DNA of 64,000 nt from Macrostomum hystrix. Its lineage: Eukaryota > Animalia > Platyhelminthes. Positions 54,863-64,000 of the stretch are shown here, piece after piece (within the stretch, counting starts at the first letter, position 1; every line of letters starts with the position of its first letter). A program made the translations under genes and the position numbers. Under the pieces are notes generated by a model. It saw only the letters and a program-made list of their open reading frames with translations, did no database searches and was not told where the DNA came from. The stretch spans positions 8,308,001 to 8,372,000 of the forward strand of contig CATNEN010000002.1 in assembly GCA_950097015.1 (NCBI GenBank), given 5' to 3'.

Positions 54863-54997
54863 CATTGCATAAGTAATGAACGGCCACGAGTGCATTTGCA
54901 CCGAGGGCGCGAAGCGCTAATAGCCGTTTATCACAAATATTGTGTGATTTTGATATGTTTTTATCATAGACAGTGCAACTCAAGCCGTGCAACAATG
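54863..54997. mobile_element. ~135-bp Crypton-end-like module bounded by CATTG...CAATG
   Basis: Reverse complement of 33021-33161, with the same left flank. Confidence 0.6.
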
Positions 54998-55449
54998 AAG
55001 GTTACTGTAGTGCAGTCGTTTAGTGGTAAGAGAAAACTTCACAGGCCTCTGTGGGCCGTGCATCTACTATATATATTGTACGCCGCCACGTGCGGGTGAG
55101 GCGTTACGCAATAGCATTTGTCAGGGCGCGTGGGCGGAGAGTGAGTGCGCGAGGCAGACCACTACAGTTACCAAATATAGCTAAATTTTAGCGTCAGCGT
55201 GCAACAATCATGCATTAGTGCACGCTCGAAATTTCTGTGGTAAAATCTCGGTATTAAGAAGCTTAAAGTAGAGCGAATTAGTTTTTTTATTTAGGTTCGA
55301 ACTGATTTAGCAATTTACAATAGAACTGCTTTTCATTCGAGTTTTAAAATGATTTACAACGCGTCTTCTGGCGAGCGAATCGGGGTAATCCACATGTCAC
55401 AAGGAGACGTCGTTGGCGCCTCCTCAACAGAAGTTCATGAGCGCACTGA

Positions 55450-56635
55450 ATGAGAGGGCATCATGCAATGTTAGATGATATTGCTCATCTTAGCGCTGGA
55501 GAACTCGAAGATATACTCTGTGGCGATACCACAAAAGGTGATCTTCTGAAGGAATTGGATCTTTTACAGTTAGACAACACGTCAAAATCCGTTTTGAAGC
55601 AAGAAGAATGGGCGATAAAAAATTTCGCGAGGTCCTTTCCAATAAGAAGTACTTTATCAATCTGGAGAGCAAGGTTGATGGTGGACTGTATGCGCCTGCC
55701 TCGTTAATTACAGCTCGTGCCGGTCTGTATCGATATATTAGTCGCTTACGCGATATAAACATTATTGAAGATCTGCGTTTTGTTAAGTTAATGTTAAGTT
55801 AAGTTTCGTTTTGTTAGTGTACGTTTTGGCTGTACATTTTGGTCTGCGTGGACGAGAGTGGCTGCGCAAGCTGACTGTCGATTATATTAAAAGAGTAACA
55901 ATCAATTAAATGAAATTAACTGAAACAATTAAATGAAAGGCTTCGCGCTTTCAAACTAGCCTCTATGGAAACTAAAAATGTTCGTGGCAGTTTAGAGACG
56001 CGAACTTCCGAAGATCGCAAACAGAGCGTGCTTGTTGAAACTAACGAGGATCGTTGTCCCTACGAGTGCGTGGAGCTATACTTAAAAAAGATCGAAGAGG
56101 CGAAGTTATCCGAAGGTGTCTCGACTGCTACGTTGTTTCTCCGACCTAGAGTGCGCGGTCTAGACAACTCGTGGTTTTATGCCAAGCAGGTGGTCGGCGT
56201 CAACACCCTCGGTAACATGTTGCGTGCTATTTCCGAAGCAGCTAACCTGAGTAAAGCCTATACGGGACATGTCTTCGAGTTACGCTTGCCACCGAGTTAA
56301 ACGCGGCAAAAATTCCCCTGCGGGATATTTGCGCTGTTACGGGACACAAAAGTGAAGGATCCGTGGAACGATATATTCGTCACGGCAGAAAGCGCGATGC
56401 TGACATGGCTGCGTTATCTTCGACAATTAGTTCAATTGGAGTACCCAAAATCACTGCTACGGATACTGCTAGTGATGCTCCTCTTATAACAGCCGCCCAA
56501 TCCGTCAGCATGGTGTCAGCGAGGGATGCTCAGCAGCCTAAATCCCGAATGGAACCGCAACAGAATCTAGCAACTGCTATTTCTGGTACATTTCACAATT
56601 GCCAGTTCCATGTTCACGTCAATAATCGTCAGTGA
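55450..56635 (+). pseudogene. Degenerate Crypton tyrosine recombinase (element roughly 55000-56930)
   Basis: YAPASL...WFYAKQVVGVNTLGNMLRAISEAANLSKAYTGH|CLRVT...VTGHKSEGSVERY. A 1-nt frameshift at ~56272, other shifts and a central gap. Confidence 0.85.
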
Positions 56636-57826
56636 GTTGAATTTAATATAATAACAATTTAATTGAAAATTTAAAACTTGTAGTTATGCTCTGATTCAGT
56701 ACACGCCTATGTTGAAAAGTACATTTATTACTGTTAGTATTTTTGTGTGCTACGTTATGTAATAAAAAATAAATATATTCCTTTGAGAAGTTTTACCATA
56801 GACATTTGAAGCGTGCAACAATAAGCCTCGATTGGTATACCCCTAAAAACCCCTTCAAAATGATACAATGTCTGCGCGCCCTCGGTCGCAGCCATTAATA
56901 TCCTCAATAGCCGGTCTTTATATTTACAGTGCCTATCCGATCTGCGTCCAAAGACTACTGAAGTACTTAACTACTCGTACTAGTGGTCCTTGTGTGCATC
57001 ATTGTTTAGAATCGCTGACAATTTTACATTTCCATGTAATTTTCGCTACTTTTTCAACTGTTGGTGAATGATACGTAAGCTTAATCCGAAAGCCCGCATT
57101 CAGGACATATAGAACACACTGTAGGTTCCTGTTGTGCAGTGACTCTTGCTAAAACGACCAATTTCAGGGACACCGTTTAGAATGCTGTTAGTAACAATGT
57201 AATGTATTTGCTATGCTGGCTACTGATAGTAGACGAGTACGATTGTGTTGATTGCTAATTAATATTATGTAGCTTGTTTGCAAATTATCGATCGCTGGTG
57301 TCTCCTGGTGTTTTAGGAAAAAAAACAAATATATAGCCACATGCTGCCGAGGCAGCCAAAATAACCTATTTACATAGGTCTACAAAGAAAAAAACTCGTT
57401 GTCTTAACGTACAACATTACTGTGTATGTTATGCAAGATGCCATAATATGGCTGCGTTTGTGAACGCGCCAGACCAAAGAAGCCGCTGATGCCGAATCTG
57501 TTAGAGAATCATTCGAAAAGGCAGCGGCTCGAATTGTGCCGTTAAATTTCGAACTCAAGTGCCTAAGAAAAGGGAGCAACTCGACAGAAAAAACCACAGG
57601 AATCGACATACTGAAATTTTTATCTCAGACTGAGCAATCGGCAGCGAGTTGAATGTGCCGTTGAATACGAGCATATTCAACTCATTCGGTCAGCTGCCAC
57701 AGCTGCCACATCCTGAAAGCTGTTCGAGCTGGACATGTTTGTACTCCACGAGGCCCCATAAACGAAGGTTCCATTGCTCTTTAAAAATGCATTCTTCGAT
57801 AAGGATTCGATTCGCTATACAGAATG

Positions 57827-58669
57827 TTACTCCAGGATTTGACGCTGCAACCGGAGCTGTAAAACAATGTGGAGCTTGAAATCTGACTCTGCTTCAGCAC
57901 CGTGAATCTCTGAGCTGCTTCCGAGAAATTCACACTCCAGCCACATCTTGGATGACACTCCGTTGAACTTGGCTCCCTCGCTGCTGAAGTCGACTGACTC
58001 CGACTGCCACTGCTGCGTCTCGCCGCACACCAAGTTGCTCTTGCTGGCTTCCTCGTCGTCACTCATCACCCAGGCCACTCGAAAGCTTCGGACCCACACT
58101 GCTCATCAGCTTCCTGCTCAGCGTCATGAAGTTGACGGCTCTGGCATTGGCGAATGCAGCACAGCTGTGCAGTGCGCTGATCCCATTGCTGGCTTGTCCA
58201 TCGATGAGGTGGCACACGACAATGTACTTGAACAGCGAGCACTGGCGAGTGTCCGAGTCGAACTGGGCCACCAACAGACCGCTCATTGTGCTCGCAATGC
58301 CGATGCACATGATCTTGCTCGACACTCGCCTTGTCTGTAGAGCCAGAGCGTCGGGCAGACACCGCGACGTCTCCACCCTGAGCCACTCGGCCTCGCTGCC
58401 GCAGCGGGCCAGCTGGGCGAGGAGAGCCAAGCTGCAGAGTACGAATTTTACTGAAGAGCGAAAAAACTAATGAGAAGCACGCATTCAGGAGCTGAGCTCG
58501 TTGGTCTCGTCTGCCACTCCGAGGGGCAGCCGCAGCTGGCCAGGTGGCACAGACAGGCGAGAGCCAGCAGGGCGAGGCCAGCAGTGGAAGGGGAGGATCG
58601 GCTCAGCTGGCAGCTTCAAGAAAGACCATTGTGCGAGAAGGACTCACCTGAGTAATAAGCGGCTGGCAT
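57827..58669 (-). CDS. Probable secreted protein with a PAN/Apple-like motif (exons 58648-58669 and from 58450 down); frameshift near 58095
   Basis: Phase-1 GT-AG intron gives MPAAYYSVKFVLCSLALLAQLARCG (signal peptide-like), then RRVSSKIMC...AQFDSDTRQCSL. The frame ends at 58059 but coding-like sequence continues in another frame to 57827. Confidence 0.5.
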
Positions 58670-58729
58670 TATGTAAAATGTGCAAGTGAAGTCACATTTA
58701 GCAGCCACTTTTAGACAGACTGAGGCCGC

Positions 58730-58780
58730 CTTTTTATATAAAACGTTCCGTTCTAGTGCCAGCCAATCAGTGAGCAGTTC
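58730..58780 (-). promoter_or_regulatory. TATA box (TATATAAAAAG) with upstream CCAAT element for the PAN-like gene
   Basis: Minus-strand TATATAAAAAGG ~65 nt before the ATG at 58669; CCAAT at ~58762. Confidence 0.5.
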
Positions 58781-59735
58781 CCAGCTTGACTGCCTCAACA
58801 AAAGTCCTACTGTCACTGAGCCCCACTGTCACTGAGTCCTACTTGCAGACTGAATTTCCACCCCTCATTCAGAAACTGAAAGAACCAACAGGTAAATTCG
58901 GCTGATAAAATGTTGACGCTTAGCAGAATGCAGGATGAAAAGGACAAAGAGAACGAGGGACTTCACAAAATAAATAATTTATTAATTGCAATTCAAAATT
59001 ACAGGGGTACAGTTGCTAAGCATGCACAATGCGGAGTACACATGCACAACATCAACAGCGAGTAGAACAATGCACAGGCCCAAACATGTGGCTGGGACAG
59101 GACGTGCAGCCAAATTTAGAAACATTTTTAAAGAATAAAAAATCCTGCAAAACTGATTAGCAGGTGGAACTTAACACTGGGAAACAGAATTACAGTTTGA
59201 ATACAATAGACAGGTGTGTTAAAAAAGTTTAACTTACTAATGCAGATGAGTACAGGGATTTTGTTCAGATGAATTGTAATTCCGTAAGCTGGAACAGAAA
59301 AACTAACAACAAAATTAGTGAGGCCAATAAAAACAAGAGGATAAAAAATGGGTGCTAGTACAAACACACACACGGCAGAAGCAGCAGCTAATTACAAACA
59401 TCATTTAATCAGTAATGCAAGACTGCCCCCCGCATGTGGAAGCTTTACTCAGAACCTGCAAATCCTAATTCTTATTGATTGAATTATTTTCTACCTGGAG
59501 GAGTTTAAAGGTGAAGGGTTTCATAGCGCATACAGTTGTATAAACAAATTATCAATTAATAAACAAGTCAATTAAAAGCAACATTTTTTACAAAACTCCA
59601 ACCGGAATTGCAGCAACAACAATTAAGGACAAGAAAACAAAAAAACACGGAGACTCAAGCGAGCAGAGAACGAATAATGTTAGTATAGAACATTAGACGA
59701 CTGCACTAGATCAGCCATTAAACTGCCTTCGCTGT

Positions 59736-62700
59736 CTACTGACCCGACTGGTCTGTCTCCATCGGCTGCGACCCGGCTCCGGCCTCGGGCGCCCTGTCCG
59801 GCACAGGCGGCGTCTCCGGGACGGCCTTCAGCGAACACTCCAAAACAGCGTCCTCAGCTTCCGAGGCCAGGGAAGGAGGCGGAGGAGCCATCGGCGAAGT
59901 GACGGACTCCGAGGAGGCGCCGGCGCCGGTGAGCGCAGGAACAGACGCGGTCGGAGCATCGTCCAGGGCGGCCGACAGAGTCGGAGGTGCGGTAGCGGCT
60001 GCGGAATCAATCGGCGAGGCAGCGGAGGTTGTTTCACCAGCGGCGACTGCGGGGGAGGCAGCGGCGCAATCAGCATCCAAGGGTGAGGTCACGGGCAGCT
60101 GAGCCGACAGCGCGGGCGGCTGTGGGGTCGTCGGTTGCGGCGGCGGAGGCGGCGGTGGCGGCGGTGGCGGCATAGCGGAGTCAGCAGTTGGAATCGGAGG
60201 CTGCTGCTGCTGCTGCGCAACGGTGAACTGCTGCTGCTGTTGGCTCGCCTGAGCTTGAGCAGCTTGGTCAGCCAGCTGTTGCTGCTGTTGCTGAAGCTGC
60301 TGCTGATGCTGCTGCTGCTGGCGTACCTCCTGAGCAGCCAGTTGGCGGGCCCGCTGCTCAGCCACGCGGTTCATCTCCTGGTAGAAGGCCTGCCGCTCCT
60401 GCAGAAGCTGCTGACGTTGAGACTCAAGAACTTCGCGCTCCCGATCCATCAGCGCCTCAAGCTCCTGGAAGTGGCGCAGCTTGGTTTCGATCTTCTTCAT
60501 CTGCGTCTCCACCAGCGAGGCTACGAGGCTCTTGATTTTTTTCTCCTCCATCTGAGCCAGGTGCTTGGCTTTCACCGCAGCTGCAGCCAGGACGGAAGCA
60601 GCCGCAGCGCTCATCGTCTCTTTAGGGTCGGCTGCGGGAGCCGCAGTGGGAGCGGCAGCGTTCTCAGCAGTGGCGGCGGCGGTGGGCGTCTTGGCTGCAG
60701 CGTCGGACTCTAACTGGGCCTTCTCTTTGGCCGCCGATTCTGACTGGTCCTGCTTAGTGGCGGCTTCAGCGGCAGCTGCGCTTCCAGACGGAGTACGGGC
60801 CTTAGCCGAGTCGTCAGCAGAAGTGGCGGACGGCATCTCTTCGTCACCGTTAGCCTTGGATGCCGCATCCTCAGGTGCCGCAGAGCTGGAATCCTCGCCT
60901 TCTTTTTTCACGGAGGCGGCCGGCCCAGAGTCATCGGCGCTGGCCATTGGAACATCGGTGGCCTCGGCGCCAGTGCCAGCCGACGAAGTCGACGGAGCGA
61001 CGGGGGTGGCCGCGGCGGCCTCTTGTAGATCAGCGGCCTTGTCAGCGACAGCAGGTTCTGCAGAATCGGCAGCGGCTTCAGACCCGTTGCCCATGGCAGC
61101 GGGAGCCGCTGGCTGAGGAGCATTGGCCATCTCCTTGACCCCGGAGCTCTGCTGGTGCGCCTTCAGCACGCAGCTGGGAATCTCGTCGCGCATCTTGGCG
61201 TACTCGTCCAGTGCGGCCTTGGTGGCGGCGCTGGCAATCCTGGGATCCACGGTGGCAGCCAGGAAGGCCACGGTACACATAATGGGATTGCCCGCCTTGC
61301 TGAACGGAATAGGCTGGTGGATCAGCGGTCCCAGGGCCTCCTCCGTGCCCTCCAGGTACGGATCCTCGATGGGCAGCTTAAGGAAGTGCAGGACGCACTC
61401 CTCCTGGGTGCGGGAGCCTACGTGCTCGGCAACGCGGTTCCAGTCGTCCTTGAACAGCTCGAGGCCCTCCAGCAGGCTCAGCGTCTCCTGGTCCGTCCAG
61501 TCCGACTTGCTGACTGTTAGCTTGTCCGACTGTTGCTGCTGCTTGGCGCTTGGCTCGGTCTTCCTCCCGGCAGTTGGCTGCGATGAAGCCGTTGAAGTAG
61601 GCGGCTGCACCTGCTGCTGCTGAGACGATGGCGGAGCAGCCGTCGGGCCGGCCCCGCTGGTGCTGCCCTGCTGTGAGTCGCCGCCGCTGCCAGATCCACC
61701 AGCAGCTGCAGGGCTGTCGACAGTCGATGAGCCAGAGGCTCCGGTGCCAGCGGCAGCGTGCCCGTTAGAGGTGACCGCCGCAGTTGAAGCTGCATTTGCG
61801 GCAGCTGGCGCCGAGTTGGCATCAGCGGCGCTCGCAGCCGCAGCCGAAGCGGCGCCACCGCCGCCGCCCACATTGATGTAGGGTGGGGCGGGCTTGAAGG
61901 GCGCGTTAACGGGCGCCAGGCCGGCCGGAGTGTCGGCAAGCACGTGGAAATGGGAGGTCGACGGCGGACCGAGGGCGGCCAGCTTGGCTTCGTTATCAAC
62001 CTGAGTAACGATGGATTGAGAGTGTGCTAGAGAATAATTGAGTCGCTAGAGAATCATTTGAGTCGCTAGAGAATCATTTGAGTCGCTAGAGAATCATTTG
62101 AGTCGCTAGAGAATCATTTGAGTCGCTAGAGAATTATTTTAGTCGCTAGAGAATCATTTGAGTCGCTAGAGAATTATTTGAGTCGCTAGAGAATCATTTG
62201 AGTCGCTAGAGAATCATTTGAGTCGCTAGAGAATCATTTGAGTCGCTAGAGAATTATTTTAGTCGCTAGAGAATCATTTGAGTCGCTAGAGAATCATTTG
62301 AGTCGCTAGAGAATCATTTGAGTCGCTAGAGAATCATTTGAGTCGCTAGAGAATTATTTTAGTCGCTAGAGAATCATTTGAGTCGCTAGAGAATCATTTG
62401 AGCCGCTAGAGAATCATTTGAGTCGCTAGAGAATCATTTGAGTCGCTAGAGAATCATTTGAGTCGCTAGAGAATCATTTGAGTCGCTAGAGAATTATTTT
62501 AGTCGCTAGAGAATCATTTGAGTCGCTAGAGAATCATTTGAGTCGCTAGAGAATCATTTGAGCCGCTAGAGAATCATGTAAGTTGCTAGAGATGCGTTTA
62601 GGTCACTAGAGAAGTGTTTTAGTAGTTAAGAGAAATGTGTGAGTCGTTAGAAAATCGTTTGTCGTTAGAGAAGTGTTTGAGTCGTTAGACACGAATCGCT

Positions 62701-64000
62701 CACCTGGTAGTTGATGAGGCCCCATTGCTCCAGGAAGGCGTGCACCCGCAGGATGCCGCAGACGTCGCCGTGAAGATTTCTTCTACAGGCGGTGAAGGTC
62801 AGGTACTCCTGGGGATTCAGCCGATATGTATCGATCATGAAGTTGCGATAGGCCATGTAGGCCTCCGGTGTTTTGCTCGGCTTGCCCTTCTTGAAGAACT
62901 CGGGCAGGCCGCGCTCTTCTAACGCGTGAATAGCGTTGTAATCGAACCAGGTGGCGTAGGACGGCACGATGATGGCGTGAGCCTGCTCCGTCACGGTCAC
63001 ATCGCCGCCGGCGGCAGTCTGAAATGTTTTTTTAACTTTTGATTAAAAATCCAAAAGCGGTAGAACTACAGGCGCCGTACTAACTCTCAGAAATGAAATA
63101 TTGCAGGTAAAATATCACACAATGAACAACAGCGCTCACCTGGCCGCCATCATCATCGCCGTCTTCGCCTTTGCCACCGACGCCGCCGTCAGCACCGACA
63201 GTGGCCGCCGTGGCATCGGCATCGTCGTCGTCGTTCTTGCCACCAGCGGGTCCGTTGCCGCCGCGACTCTCAGTCTCCATGGACTCCAAGGCTGAAGCAG
63301 CCAGGTTGGCCGAAGAGGCATCGCGGCGCGCCTTCTTGCCGCCGGCGCCGTATGTCGTCAGATTGGCGGCGGAGGATTTCCGACCGCTGCCAGCGGCGGA
63401 AGCGGCCGCAGCGGCGACTCCGAAGCGCGAATTGGACGACGGCGTAGAAGCAGCGACCGCGTGCCCGGAGGCAGCCGCCGTTGTCGATGACGCTGAATTA
63501 GGCGACGGTGAGCGCTTGCGCTTCTGCAGCTTTTTCTCGCGCTTGAGCTCGACAAACTCGGCCACCGAGTAGTACCGGGGCGGAGACACTGGCTTGCGAC
63601 CGGTGCGCCTGGCGAACTCCTGGTACTCGACAAGAAAGTCTTCTTCGGGCGGGAATTCACACTGCTCATCCAGCGTCAGCAGGTAGGCCGCGTCCAGCTC
63701 CCATGGGCCATCTGGGGTGCAGCGGCTCACCTGGAATGGAGATTAGGCGAATAAAAGTTTAACAGAAAACTCAAAGATCCTTCTCAATATTGAGATCCCC
63801 AATGCGTGAGAAATCCTCACTCACCTCAACGTCCAGCTCGGCTGCGCTGGTATAGAACACATCGTAGCTGGACACTGTGCCCTTCCAGTGCACCACGGAG
63901 TGCTTGCCCTCCTTGAAGGCTGGCGTGACCTTGTCCTCGAGCAGCTGCTGCGCGGCCGCCGCAGGGTCGGCAGCGGCGGGCCCGTAGATGAGGTGGGTGC
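59736..64000 (-). CDS. SMARCC2: Canonical SMARCC (BAF155/170, moira-like). Exons 63825->64000, 63140-63730, 62704-63018, 59736-62000; 5' part lies outside the window
   Basis: Chromo-like region (THLIY...[14 protein letters not shown]...[10 protein letters not shown]), [49 protein letters not shown], leucine zipper and Q/P-rich tail. Phase-0 introns are consistent. Confidence 0.92.
62035..62580. repeat. 20-bp minisatellite GAGTCGCTAGAGAATCATTT, ~27 copies, with a degenerate tail to ~62690
   Basis: Direct tandem units in the intron after the SWIRM exon. Confidence 0.95.

Noticed and set aside
57700-58000. MATH/TRAF-like or F5/8-like domain in the distal part of the PAN-like gene
   Set aside because: The resemblance is only a few scattered residues across frameshifts and needs a profile search.

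Overview
Eukaryotic (animal) genomic DNA with short GT-AG introns, many of them filled by GC-balanced minisatellites. This style suggests a flatworm such as Macrostomum lignano (inference only). Host genes, all read by hand with splice phases checked: a PXA-PX-PXC sorting nexin (SNX19-like, 2179-13917, minus), VPS41 (14763-19385+, minus) plus a near-identical partial second copy (1-1990), two SMARCC/BAF155-170 paralogs (a derived one at 21396-24719 and a canonical one at 59736->64000, both minus), two intronless secreted single-WSC-domain genes (31554, 50468) and a probable secreted PAN/Apple-like gene (57827-58669). The middle of the window is a patchwork of duplicated blocks and mobile DNA: a 10.4-kb head-to-tail pair of RNase H-bearing LOA/I-group LINEs under one target-site duplication (TSD), two 2.3-kb solo LTRs, several Crypton (tyrosine recombinase) remnants, a Merlin derivative, a deleted Gypsy element, tRNA-derived SINEs and a foldback MITE. 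Best leads: (1) the LINE heterodimer with one TSD, with an HDV-like ribozyme candidate at its 5' end and a SINE sharing its tail; (2) a SMARCC paralog lacking the N-terminal module, with its tail replaced by 24 copies of a 10-aa helix and gene-conversion-like tracts; (3) a ~140-bp Crypton-type module at the same site in opposite orientations in two paralogous blocks.
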